Shown here piece after piece: positions 39,508-49,494 of a stretch of DNA of 64,000 nucleotides. The stretch comes from a virus (Duplodnaviria > Caudoviricetes): the IMG/VR virus record IMGVR_UViG_3300026549_000046, positions 1-64,000 of that record. One strand, given 5' to 3'. Positions within the stretch are counted from its first letter, which is position 1; each line of letters begins with the position of its first letter. Under the pieces are notes generated by a model. It saw nothing but the letters and a program-made list of their open reading frames with translations. It had not been told where the DNA came from and ran no database searches. The position numbers were made by a program, and so were the translations under genes.

Positions 39508-40325
39508 TAAAAAATCCAGTTTTAGGAGCTATCTGTGGAGATATGATAGGAGTTCCTTATGAATTTAGAAGAAATAAAGCAGAAAGAGATTTTCCTCTCT
39601 GGACTAATTATTCTAAATTTTCCGATGATACTGTAATGACTATTGCTGTAGCCGAATGGCTATTAACTCCTCCATATAGTACTGATGCTCTTGTTAAAAT
39701 TATGCAAAAATGGGGACGTAAATATCGTAATGCTGGATATGGTCATTTATTTGGAAAATGGATTGATTCAGATAATCCTCAACCATATAATAGTTTTGGT
39801 AATGGTTCAGCTATGAGAGTATCTCCAGTTGGATGTGCTTTTAAAACTGAAGAGACTACTTTAATTATGGCAGAACAATCTGCTTCTGTAAGTCACAATC
39901 ACCCAGAAGGAATTAAGGGAGCAAAAACTGTTGCATGGTTAATTCATGATATTAAAACTAGAGGTCCTGTTGATAAAGAATTTATATCTCAAGATTTTAA
40001 GAAAAAATTCTGTCACTTTGATTATAATATTAACAGAACTCCAGAAGAAATTATAAAATCAGGATATAAATTTGATTCAACTTGTCAAGGAAGTATTCCA
40101 GAAGCAATTTGCTGTTTCTTAAATAGTAATTCATATGAAGAAACTGTTAGAAATGCAATTTATATAAATGGAGACTGTGATACTCAAGCAGCGATAGCAG
40201 GTTCTATTGCAGCAGCTTATTGGGGAATTCCCAAAGATATTGCTAATGAAGGATTAGACAGACTTCCAGATGATATATATGATATTTTAGAGAAATTCTC
40301 TGAAAAATATAATTTGGACTTATAA
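39495..40325 (+). CDS. ADP-ribosylglycohydrolase (DraG/ARH family)
   Basis: GAICGDMIGVPYE, FSDDT, SFGNGSAMRVSP, SHNHPEG, GDCDT.AAIAG. Confidence 0.93.
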   Translation: MAKLIKNPVLGAICGDMIGVPYEFRRNKAERDFPLWTNYSKFSDDTVMTIAVAEWLLTPPYSTDALVKIMQKWGRKYRNAGYGHLFGKWIDSDNPQPYNSFGNGSAMRVSPVGCAFKTEETTLIMAEQSASVSHNHPEGIKGAKTVAWLIHDIKTRGPVDKEFISQDFKKKFCHFDYNINRTPEEIIKSGYKFDSTCQGSIPEAICCFLNSNSYEETVRNAIYINGDCDTQAAIAGSIAAAYWGIPKDIANEGLDRLPDDIYDILEKFSEKYNLDL

Positions 40326-40425
40326 TTAATATTTTGACATAAAAGGTTTAATAAATATATTTAATATTCATGGCTATTAAAATAGTTAGATATTTAAATT
40401 ATTTATTAAACTTTTATTATTTTTT

Positions 40426-42564
40426 ATGAAAATTGTAAAAAGAAACGGACTAAAAGAAGAATACGATGCTAGAAAAATTATAAATGCTGTACAAAAAGCA
40501 TTTATATCATGTCAAGAGCATATAGATAATGAAGATTTACTAGAAATTATTAATTCGATTTCTATTTGGGAAAATATTAAATGTGAAGATATTGAAGACC
40601 AAGTAGAAGAACTTTTAATGTCTCAAGGATTTTACGATGTAGCTAAAGCGTATATCTTATATAGAGAACAACATAAAAATGCAAGATATATTCAAGACAG
40701 AATAGATTATATGAGTAAATATATCAATTCTTCTGATAATGCTGCTTCTTCATCTGAAACGGATGATAATGCTAATGTTTCCGTCAAAAACGTAGCTAAT
40801 TTAGAAGGTGAAGTTTATAAAACAACTAACCGCATTATACAAAGAAGAAGAATGAGAAAAAAATTGTCTGAAATCTTTCCAGAAGTTTCTAGCCAATATG
40901 AAAAGGATTTAAATCATCATATAATTTATACACATGACGAAGCTTCTACTCCAGTTTTAAAAGATTACTGTATGGCAGTTAGTTTGTATCCATTAATTAC
41001 TGAAGGGGTTGGCAATTTAGACGGAACAACTCCTAGTGCCCCTAACAATTTAAATTCTTTTTGTGGACAAATAGTCAATGCGGCATTTCTTTTAGCTGCT
41101 CAATGTAAAGGGGCAGTAGCTTTTGGTGGACTGTTTATTGCTTTTAATTATTATTGCATTAAAGAGTGGGGGAAGGATTATTATAAACACGATAACGATT
41201 TAATAACAACTAGTGTTTGTAATAAACAAAGAACTATTTCTGGAGCTATAGAACAAGCTTTTCAAGAAATTGTTTATGGATGGAATCAGCCTGCTGGAAA
41301 TCGAAGTTATCAGAGTCCTTTTACAAATATATCTTACTATGATTCCAATTATTTTAGAGCCATATTTGAAGATTTTATGTACCCAGATTTTACAAAACCA
41401 GAATGGGAAGCAATTGATTATCTTCAGAAAAAATTTATGAAATGGTTTAATAACGAAAGAACTAAAACAGTACTTACCTTTCCTGTAGAAACAATGGCTC
41501 TATTATCAGATGGAAATGATATTATAGATAAAGATTATAAAAACTTTACAGCAGAAATGTATGCTGAAGGACATTCTTTTTTTACTTATATATCTGATAA
41601 TGCTGATTCATTAAGCTCATGCTGTAGACTTAGAAATGAAATAGTGTCTAATGAATTTAGTTTTACTAATGGGCTTACTGGATTAAAAACAGGATCTTGC
41701 AATGTTATTACTTTAAATCTCAATAGAATTGTTCAAGATTGGGTAAAGTCAATTGGGGGAAAAATTCCGACAGTTGGAAATCAATATGATAGCTTAAAAT
41801 TTTATCTTATAAATATTCTAGAAAGAGTATATAAGTATCATATTGCTTATAAAACAATGCTTTATGAAGTAGAAAAGAAAGGAATGTTTACTTATAGTAA
41901 TGCTAATTATATTTCTATTAAAGATTTATTTAGTACAATAGGACTGAACGGAATTAATGAAGCAGCAATGTTCTTAGGAATAGATATTTCTTATAATGAA
42001 GAGTACAAAGATTTTTGTAATTTAATTACGGGAACAATTAGTGAACAAAATAAGCTTCATAGTACAAAAGAATTTCGTTTTAATAGTGAGTTTGTACCTG
42101 CAGAAAGTTTGGGAGCTAAGAATTTTAATTGGGATAAAGAAGATGGTTATATAGTTCCTAATGATGGAAGAGTTTTATATAATTCTTATTTCTATGATGC
42201 CCATGACGATACTTCAGTACTTGATAAATTTAGATTACATGGACGAGAATTTACTTCATTACTTGATGGTGGTGTAGGATTACATTGTAATTTAAATGAA
42301 CACCTTTCTAAAGAACAATATCTTAAACTTATAGATTTTGCTATAGAAGAAGGTACCTCTTATTTTACCTTTAATGTTCCTAATACTGAATGTAATGATT
42401 GTAAATTTATTACTAAAAAATATACTCATACTTGTCCTAAGTGTGGTAGTAGTAATCTTACTTATTGGACCAGAATAATAGGATATTTAAGACCTACTAA
42501 GAATTTTAGTAATGCAAGACAAATAGAAGAAAAACAAAGAACTTATAGTAAGGAGGTTGAGTAA
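40426..42564 (+). CDS. nrdD: Anaerobic (class III) ribonucleotide reductase with ATP cone
   Basis: KIVKRNG ATP cone, SSCCRL, VPAESL, CNDC...CPKCG, TRIIGYL glycyl-radical loop. Confidence 0.96.
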   Translation: MKIVKRNGLKEEYDARKIINAVQKAFISCQEHIDNEDLLEIINSISIWENIKCEDIEDQVEELLMSQGFYDVAKAYILYREQHKNARYIQDRIDYMSKYINSSDNAASSSETDDNANVSVKNVANLEGEVYKTTNRIIQRRRMRKKLSEIFPEVSSQYEKDLNHHIIYTHDEASTPVLKDYCMAVSLYPLITEGVGNLDGTTPSAPNNLNSFCGQIVNAAFLLAAQCKGAVAFGGLFIAFNYYCIKEWGKDYYKHDNDLITTSVCNKQRTISGAIEQAFQEIVYGWNQPAGNRSYQSPFTNISYYDSNYFRAIFEDFMYPDFTKPEWEAIDYLQKKFMKWFNNERTKTVLTFPVETMALLSDGNDIIDKDYKNFTAEMYAEGHSFFTYISDNADSLSSCCRLRNEIVSNEFSFTNGLTGLKTGSCNVITLNLNRIVQDWVKSIGGKIPTVGNQYDSLKFYLINILERVYKYHIAYKTMLYEVEKKGMFTYSNANYISIKDLFSTIGLNGINEAAMFLGIDISYNEEYKDFCNLITGTISEQNKLHSTKEFRFNSEFVPAESLGAKNFNWDKEDGYIVPNDGRVLYNSYFYDAHDDTSVLDKFRLHGREFTSLLDGGVGLHCNLNEHLSKEQYLKLIDFAIEEGTSYFTFNVPNTECNDCKFITKKYTHTCPKCGSSNLTYWTRIIGYLRPTKNFSNARQIEEKQRTYSKEVE

Positions 42565-42761
42565 TGGAATATTTTATTAAAGAAGGTTGGTAGTTAAATC
42601 CAAATGAAAAAATAGTAAAAGGAATTACTAAACTATTAGAAAGAAATGAAGGAATTTGCCCTTGTATTCATGAAGAAAATTGTGGAGACTTGCATTGCCC
42701 TTGTGAAGACTATAGATTACGAGATAAATGCTGTTGCCAATTATATATTAGAAAAGTATGA
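42564..42761 (+). CDS. Ferredoxin-thioredoxin reductase catalytic-subunit-like protein; TAG at codon 10; absent from ORF track
   Basis: MEYFIKEGW*LNPNEKIVKGI...GICPC...HCPC...CCCQLY; overlaps nrdD stop (TAATG) and nrdG start (ATGA). Confidence 0.8.
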
Positions 42762-43222
42762 AATATCTTAATACTGCAATTACTTTTAGAGAATTTCCAG
42801 ATGAAATTTCTTTATGTATAAATATAACTAATTGCTCTTTCCACTGCTCGGGATGTCATAGTCCAGAACTTTGGGAAGATATTGGTACTGAATTAACTTT
42901 TAAAGAATTACATAAACTTATATATTCTAATAAAGGAATTACTTTAGTTGGGTTTATGGGAGGATTACCTAAGAAAATTAATGAATTAGCTGAATATGTT
43001 AAAAATATAGATCCTCCTTTAAAAGTTGGTTGGTATTATGGCGGAACTGATATTCCATCTGAAATTAATTTAGAAAATTTTGATTATATTAAAATAGGTC
43101 CTTATATAAAAGAACTAGGAGGACTAGATAAGCCTACTACTAATCAAAGAATGTATCAAATTTCTAAAATGGAAACTGGAGAATTTACTATAGAAAATAT
43201 AACATTTAAATTTTGGAAATAA
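42758..43222 (+). CDS. nrdG: Anaerobic RNR activase (radical SAM)
   Basis: CSFHCSGCHS, FMGG, KIGPY...TTNQR. Confidence 0.93.
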   Translation: MKYLNTAITFREFPDEISLCINITNCSFHCSGCHSPELWEDIGTELTFKELHKLIYSNKGITLVGFMGGLPKKINELAEYVKNIDPPLKVGWYYGGTDIPSEINLENFDYIKIGPYIKELGGLDKPTTNQRMYQISKMETGEFTIENITFKFWK

Positions 43223-43223
43223 T

Positions 43224-43496
43224 ATGAAAATTGTAACAGATTCTACTAAATATGATTGGAATGGAGAGGATATATTTTTAGACGAAGTTTCTATGAAATA
43301 TATTCAAGCTCCAGATTGTACTGAAAATAAAGATAATGATGACCAGGAATTGATTATTACAACTCGTGATGGTGGAGGAGGCAAATTCTTAAATCTAAAA
43401 ACTAATAATTGGAGTATTTCTGGATTGGAAGACTTAAAATTAGTTATTGAGGATTTTAATAAAAGAATAGAAAATGAAAGTACTGATAATACCTGA
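43224..43496 (+). CDS. Hypothetical protein
   Basis: Packed ORF. Confidence 0.7.
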   Translation: MKIVTDSTKYDWNGEDIFLDEVSMKYIQAPDCTENKDNDDQELIITTRDGGGGKFLNLKTNNWSISGLEDLKLVIEDFNKRIENESTDNT

Positions 43497-44277
43497 TATA
43501 CATTGCCGTAAATTTTGGAGGAAAGCCTTATCTGATAATACAGATAAGGTTGATAAGGTAATCTTTTTAGGAGATTACATTGATCCCTATCCAGATGAAA
43601 TAGAAGAAAATCCAGAATTAATGGAATGTGACAATTTCTATGATTCAGAAAATCTCCTTATAATGCTTAATGATATTGTTTCATTAAAAAAGATTAATCC
43701 AAATAAATATATTCTTCTTTGCGGAAATCATACATGTAGCTATATATGGAGTAATTTTTCCGCTGCAACAAGAACTGACCATAAAAATTGGAAAAATTAT
43801 CATAACTTCTTTTTAGAAAATTTAGAATATTTTAACTCAGTTTGGATTGAAGACAATTGTATATTTAGTCATGCAGGCATTTCAAAAGGTTGGGCAAATG
43901 AATTTTTGTATCATTATATGAAATATGATGAAGGAGCCGAACTTGAAAAAAATTCTTTAGTATTTGAAACTGCAAGAGTTTTAAAAGATACTCAATTAAA
44001 AGATTTTAATCAATATTATATTAGTGCTATAAGATGTATTTCTTCATATAGATGGGGAGGTGCTCCATACGGTTCTTGTGAATGGGCTGATATAAGAGAA
44101 CATATTGATTTAAAATCTAGTAATACTGAAATAACACCTAAAGGAGAAGATGGAATATATCAAATATTCGGACATACTCAGTTAAAACAACCTCTTATTA
44201 CTGACAAATGGGCTTGTTTAGATTGTAGAAAAGCTTTTATTATAGACACTAATACATATGAAATTACAGACTGTTAA
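43474..44277 (+). CDS. Calcineurin-like metallophosphoesterase
   Basis: PDIH, GDYID, GNH, SHAG, FGHT. Confidence 0.9.
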   Translation: MKVLIIPDIHCRKFWRKALSDNTDKVDKVIFLGDYIDPYPDEIEENPELMECDNFYDSENLLIMLNDIVSLKKINPNKYILLCGNHTCSYIWSNFSAATRTDHKNWKNYHNFFLENLEYFNSVWIEDNCIFSHAGISKGWANEFLYHYMKYDEGAELEKNSLVFETARVLKDTQLKDFNQYYISAIRCISSYRWGGAPYGSCEWADIREHIDLKSSNTEITPKGEDGIYQIFGHTQLKQPLITDKWACLDCRKAFIIDTNTYEITDC

Positions 44278-44476
44278 ATATGAATTATGCGATAGTTGGT
44301 TTGGATCTGAATACGTACCAGATAATCCTAGAAGTGTAATAATTTATACTTTAGAGGGCAGAGAAGCAGAAGGTAAATATGAAAACGGTAAATGGTTTCA
44401 ATATAGATGGAACTGCGAAGTTCATCCAAAATGCTGGAGAGAAATGCCTAGATATGAAAGTAACTGTAATTTATAA
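44258..44476 (+). CDS. Small DUF551-like protein
   Basis: C-terminal WREMP motif. Confidence 0.6.
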   Translation: MKLQTVKYELCDSWFGSEYVPDNPRSVIIYTLEGREAEGKYENGKWFQYRWNCEVHPKCWREMPRYESNCNL

Positions 44477-44738
44477 TAATATAAAAGATAAGGAATTTCT
44501 AGATAAAATTAATCTAGAGATTCCTTTTTTTGTGGAATACATAGATGTCAATACGGTAAGAGGAAAAAAAGAAGGTTGGAAAGTAATGAATTATTATGGT
44601 ACAAATAAATTTCCTTTTGTAGAATTAGAATTAGATAGAGTAGAAAATAAATATAAACCGTTTTACAGTGAAAATGGTAATGCTGTAGGACAACTTATTA
44701 ATTATTTAAAGTGTTTAAATGAAAAAGAAAACAACTGA
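44454..44738 (+). CDS. Glutaredoxin-fold-like protein lacking CxxC
   Basis: EYIDV...YGTNKFPFV; likely ATG at 44454. Confidence 0.5.
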   Translation: MKVTVIYNNIKDKEFLDKINLEIPFFVEYIDVNTVRGKKEGWKVMNYYGTNKFPFVELELDRVENKYKPFYSENGNAVGQLINYLKCLNEKENN

Positions 44739-45645
44739 ATAGTTTATAAAAGAAGCTCAGAATATTCATAATAATAAGTATAGTTATGAAAAAACTGTAT
44801 ATACAGGAGTATTTAATAAAGTAATTATTACTTGTCCTAAACACGGAGATTTCTTACAAACTCCTCACGATCATTTATAGGGCAAAGGTTGTAAAGGTTG
44901 TATGTGTGATAAAGCAAGATTAAGAAATCTTTCTAATACGTAGGAATTTATTGAAAAAGCACATAAAATTCATGACGGTAAATACGATTATAGTAAAGTA
45001 GATTATAAAAATGCAAAAACTAAAATATGTATTATTTGTCCTAAACATGGTGAATTTTATTAGACTCCAGATCATCATTTGCAAGGACAAGGATGTCCGA
45101 AATGTTCTGGAAAGAATAAAACTACAGAAGAATGGATAGAACAAGCAAAACATATTCATAAAAATAGATATGACTATTCTAATAGTATCTATATAAATAG
45201 TAGTACTCCAATAAAAATTATTTGTCCTATACATGGAGAATTTCAATAGTTGCCGGTAAATCATCTTAGTGGACATGGATGTTATAAATGTTCTAGATCT
45301 CATGGAGAAATAAAAATAGAAAACTATTTAAATAATTTAAATATAGAATATAAAAGTTTCTATAGAATTTGTATAGACAGAAATATAAATCCAAAGGGTT
45401 ATGCAGAGATAGATTTTTATATTCCGTCTATGAATTTATTTATAGAATATAATGGAAGACAACATTATATACCTATAGAACATTTTGGTGGAAGATTAGA
45501 ATTAGAACACCAACAAAAACGAGACGAATTTGTTAGAGAATATTGTAAAAGAAACAATATTAGATTGTTAGAAATTCCTTATACAGATGAAAATAATATT
45601 GATAATATATTAAACGATTTGTTTTATGAAAGAAATAAAATTTAA
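44719..45645 (+). CDS. Putative homing endonuclease: 3 CPxHG Zn repeats plus PD-(D/E)XK domain, TAG-recoded
   Basis: 308 codons with 5 TAG; IDFYIPSMNLFIEYNGRQHY; the ORF track shows only the last 131 aa. Confidence 0.9.
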
Positions 45646-46135
45646 AAAATTATGTGATAAAGCAATTATTCCAGACTTTAAACATATAGGAGATGCTGGA
45701 AAAGATTTATTTGCTGTAGGAGTTAAATATAATTCTAAATATGACAGATTAGAATATAATTTAGGATTTGCAACAGAAATACCGGAAGGGTATCAAATAT
45801 CTATTAGACCTAGAAGTACTAATACTAAAAAAGATTGGTATATTCCTAATACACCAGGAACTATAGATTCAAATTATAGGGGAGAATGGTTTGTGATGTT
45901 TAAATATCGTATACCATTTGAACAGATGTTTCCAGAAGGAGACAAACAATTAAATGTATTAGAGTTTGAAAATGAAATTCTTCCAAAAATTCTTCCATAT
46001 TCTTTAGAAGAAGCAATTGCTCAATGTTTTCTTGAAAAGGTAGAAGATTGGAAATTTGTAGAAGTGGATGAACTTTCAGATTCTAACAGAGGTGCAGATG
46101 GTGGACTTGTTCGCGATGATAAAAACTTTAAATGA
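45626..46135 (+). CDS. dut: dUTPase (trimeric type)
   Basis: DAGKDL, RPRST, PGTIDSNYRGE, AIAQ, RGADGG. Confidence 0.92.
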   Translation: MKEIKFKKLCDKAIIPDFKHIGDAGKDLFAVGVKYNSKYDRLEYNLGFATEIPEGYQISIRPRSTNTKKDWYIPNTPGTIDSNYRGEWFVMFKYRIPFEQMFPEGDKQLNVLEFENEILPKILPYSLEEAIAQCFLEKVEDWKFVEVDELSDSNRGADGGLVRDDKNFK

Positions 46136-46494
46136 TGATTACTAAAGAAGAATTTACAAAATTTATAGAATCTTATCAAGAATTTCAAAATGAAATTGAC
46201 AATCTTGATATGGCTTTAACTGGAAGAAATTATCCAAGTATTCTTTTTGAATGTGGTTGGTATGATGCTGTAGGTAAAATGTTAGATGTATTTTTAGATA
46301 CAAATTTCATGGATCACGGAATAGATTGGATTACTTATTTTTTATGGGAAGATACTGATGATAAAGCAGCATACGTGAAACAAGATAAAGATATGTTTAA
46401 TGAAGAAAAGGAAATTCGTTATCCATTAACTACAATAGATGAATTATGGGATTTCCTTTTAACCGATAAAAATCTTTATTTTAAAAATGTCTGA
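46132..46494 (+). CDS. Hypothetical protein
   Basis: Coupled ORF. Confidence 0.75.
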   Translation: MMITKEEFTKFIESYQEFQNEIDNLDMALTGRNYPSILFECGWYDAVGKMLDVFLDTNFMDHGIDWITYFLWEDTDDKAAYVKQDKDMFNEEKEIRYPLTTIDELWDFLLTDKNLYFKNV

Positions 46495-47746
46495 TTTATT
46501 TTCTTCTCAAATTCCTGACGAAAGAACTAGTTATTTAATTAGTCGAGATACTAAAGGAAAAATTCGTATTGCTATTATAAGTTATGAATTAATTAAAGAA
46601 GAAAATAATAGATATTTTATAATACATAGGGTATCTGGACAGTTAGGAGGTAAAAGAACTAAACAACCAGATATTATAGTTGATAGAGGAAAAGCAACTC
46701 GTAATCTTTTGGAACAAGTAGATTTGCAATTTAATCATTTAGTTAAAGAAAAGAAGGATAAGGGTTATAGAGAAGTTACTAAAGATCCAGAAGAATATAT
46801 GATTTCTGAATTAGAAGGAATTCTCGGATATATAGTTACTAATCAAGATAATGTTCCAAAACCAATGCTTGCTAAACAAGTAGATAAAGTAACTAATATG
46901 AAAATATTTGACAAAGAGTGGTATGCTTCAAGAAAAATCGATGGGTTGCGTTGCTTAATTTATATGGGAGATGATGGAAATCTTCATACTGCTTCTAGAG
47001 GAGCCATGAATTATGATGCTGCAATGTCCGACATTCTTGAACATCCTGATTTGATTCAACTCTTTAAAGAAAATCCAGGACTTATTATGGATGGAGAATG
47101 TTATCATCATGGATATAGTCTTCAACAGCTTAATAGTATTGCTCGTACACAAAAAACTGCTGTTGATTATGAAGTTCTCCAATTCTATTGGTATGATATT
47201 GTGGATACTAATTCTATATTTGAAGAAAGATGGACATATATGCAAGACTTAGTAGACGCATTAAATAAAACATCTCAATTTATCTCGTTTGACCCAGAAA
47301 GAGAATTTAAGGATGGAGAACTAAGGATTCAATTTGTACCTCAAATATTAGTATCTGGGTATGATAACATGATTAAACTACATAATGATTATGTAGAAGA
47401 CGGTTGGGAAGGTTTAGTTATTCGTGATCCCGATAAAGTTTATCGTCCTAATGGAAGAACGAATGATATGATTAAAATAAAAGTTTATCGTGATGACCTC
47501 TTTAAAGTGGTTGGTTATGAATTAGGTCTTCGGGGAAGTGAAGATATGGTATTTATTTGTCAGACTGAAGGTGGTAAAGAATTTAAAGCTAAACCTTTAG
47601 GAGATAGAGCCCAGAAAGAAGAATATATAAACAACTTTGACTCTTTATATAAGAACCATATTGGAGAATGTAAATTCTTCTATTATTCTGATGAAGGAAC
47701 TCCTCTTCAGCCTGCTTTTAAAGCTTTTAGGGAGGATATAGAATGA
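46487..47746 (+). CDS. ATP-dependent DNA ligase
   Basis: PMLAK, RKIDGLR, DGECY, WEGLVIR, MIKIK. Confidence 0.93.
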   Translation: MSDLFSSQIPDERTSYLISRDTKGKIRIAIISYELIKEENNRYFIIHRVSGQLGGKRTKQPDIIVDRGKATRNLLEQVDLQFNHLVKEKKDKGYREVTKDPEEYMISELEGILGYIVTNQDNVPKPMLAKQVDKVTNMKIFDKEWYASRKIDGLRCLIYMGDDGNLHTASRGAMNYDAAMSDILEHPDLIQLFKENPGLIMDGECYHHGYSLQQLNSIARTQKTAVDYEVLQFYWYDIVDTNSIFEERWTYMQDLVDALNKTSQFISFDPEREFKDGELRIQFVPQILVSGYDNMIKLHNDYVEDGWEGLVIRDPDKVYRPNGRTNDMIKIKVYRDDLFKVVGYELGLRGSEDMVFICQTEGGKEFKAKPLGDRAQKEEYINNFDSLYKNHIGECKFFYYSDEGTPLQPAFKAFREDIE

Positions 47747-48321
47747 TATATATGTTAAAATCTGGAGAGTATATAAAGATAGGATATACTCAATCTTTAA
47801 AAACTTTTCCAAAAAGAATGGAAAGTTATTTTACTCACAATCCAGATGTTGAATTTATTGGATATAAAGAAGGAGATAAACAATTAGAGAAAAAATTTCA
47901 TGATAATTTATTTAAATATAAAATTGATTCTGCTTTAGAATGGTTTAAAGTTCCTGATGATATTTTTACAAAATTATTAAGTATATTTAATCCTGAAGGA
48001 AAAACTTATATAATAATAGGCTTTAGAAAAAATGATAGTATAGAAGAAAAAAACTTATCTGATTGTTTTGAAGAAGTTCATAAATACACTTTAGAATATT
48101 TTATTAATAATGTTAAAGATTTTTATTCTTCAGAAGAATTAAAAAAATTAATAATAGATATTAATTCAAAATTTAATATTAGATTAAATATAAGACCTGC
48201 TTCAGTTGGATTAATTGTAAGTATTAAAAAGACTACTATGAGAATTCCAATTACAAAAGGTGGTGGAACAAAAACAATGTATAAGTATTGTGGAAAAGAT
48301 CCTAATTACCACTATACTTAA
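47743..48321 (+). CDS. GIY-YIG (T5orf172/MUG113-like) endonuclease-domain protein
   Basis: MIYML...YIKIGYT...R...LEKKFH...EWF. Confidence 0.75.
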   Translation: MIYMLKSGEYIKIGYTQSLKTFPKRMESYFTHNPDVEFIGYKEGDKQLEKKFHDNLFKYKIDSALEWFKVPDDIFTKLLSIFNPEGKTYIIIGFRKNDSIEEKNLSDCFEEVHKYTLEYFINNVKDFYSSEELKKLIIDINSKFNIRLNIRPASVGLIVSIKKTTMRIPITKGGGTKTMYKYCGKDPNYHYT

Positions 48322-48341
48322 TATTAATTATTATTATAATT

Positions 48342-48701
48342 ATGATTAAATCTTGGTTGATTACAACAATGGCTCCTTTTTATGGAACTGAACAATACTA
48401 TACAGCTTTTTCTTCAGAAGATCCCTTAAAAATAAAAGAAGTTCAAGACTGGTTTTGGGATGAAGAAACTGAAAATTTATGGGACATGTATTCATTTTAT
48501 TGTGATGATGAATTTAGTGAAGAACTAGAAAATTGGGAAGGTGATGAAGATGAATTTTGGCAACAAAAACATCAGGACTGGAAAGAAGATTGTAGTATTA
48601 ATTCAGAAGAAATGCCTTTAGAAGATCTTCAAGATTATATTTCAGGAGGTCCTAAATCAGAAAATGATTTGCCAGAAATTATTTATGATGAAAGAAAATG
48701 A
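48342..48701 (+). CDS. Highly acidic hypothetical protein
   Basis: D/E/W-rich 119 aa. Confidence 0.75.
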   Translation: MIKSWLITTMAPFYGTEQYYTAFSSEDPLKIKEVQDWFWDEETENLWDMYSFYCDDEFSEELENWEGDEDEFWQQKHQDWKEDCSINSEEMPLEDLQDYISGGPKSENDLPEIIYDERK

Positions 48702-49216
48702 TTCAATTAGTAGTTAATGTTAATCTTCTTAGAGAAATAGATGAGCGTAAGTTAATTAATGCTTACGCTCGTTTTATGTATAATGATGAAAAGGATGTTG
48801 ATGACGATGTCCAAATAAAAGAAAATCTTATACAGCTTCTTGATTGGGATAAAAATGGGGATAATGGATTAGCCTTTTATTGTAGTAAATTTGAGAAACT
48901 AAAAAAGAAAGATTGGGAATTTCTTATTAAGTTTATTAAAGAAAACAGAGAAGAAATTAAAACAATTTCTTATTATCCAGCAAAAAATAGAAAATTAGAA
49001 TCGATAAAAGTTATTAATAATGCTGTAGAAGCTAAGAAGAAACATAAAATAGAAAGATTTACTGATCCTCAATATAAAGTTAGTGGTAGGGGTAAAAAGG
49101 CCAAACCTTGTGTATATGAAGGAAGACATTATATATCTCAACAGGAATGTATGTACAAAGAAGGATTAACTAAATATCATTTATGGAAATATTTAAAAGA
49201 AACTGGACAAACATGA
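48698..49216 (+). CDS. Hypothetical protein with NUMOD1-like C-terminus
   Basis: KKAKPCVYEGRHYISQQEC. Confidence 0.7.
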   Translation: MIQLVVNVNLLREIDERKLINAYARFMYNDEKDVDDDVQIKENLIQLLDWDKNGDNGLAFYCSKFEKLKKKDWEFLIKFIKENREEIKTISYYPAKNRKLESIKVINNAVEAKKKHKIERFTDPQYKVSGRGKKAKPCVYEGRHYISQQECMYKEGLTKYHLWKYLKETGQT

Positions 49217-49494
49217 AAGAAATAAATCTTTATAATCGTGACAGAGCTAATTTACGGTTAATAAAATCTGATAAGCAAATAGATAAAAATATTTGGGTAT
49301 GGTATTTAGACGTTGACAAAGAACACAAATATGTACTTGATTTTTGTAGATATATTGGAGATAACTTTTTAGAACCAGAAGCTATTGATCCATCGGGGGG
49401 TCCTATGATTAATTTAGGGGATGAATTTGAAGGAAAATATAAGATAGTTAAAATTAATTCTGTTAATAATATTTGGATAAGTGAACTTCAATGA
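49213..49494 (+). CDS. Hypothetical protein
   Basis: IDPSGGPMI motif; likely ATG at 49213. Confidence 0.7.
   Translation: MKEINLYNRDRANLRLIKSDKQIDKNIWVWYLDVDKEHKYVLDFCRYIGDNFLEPEAIDPSGGPMINLGDEFEGKYKIVKINSVNNIWISELQ

Noticed and set aside
7278-45645. Treating 7278, 30249, 36788 and 45250 as complete genes, or the TAG-broken frames as pseudogenes
   Set aside because: Only TAG interrupts them, never frameshifts or TAA/TGA, and TAG aligns with Gln in internal repeats.
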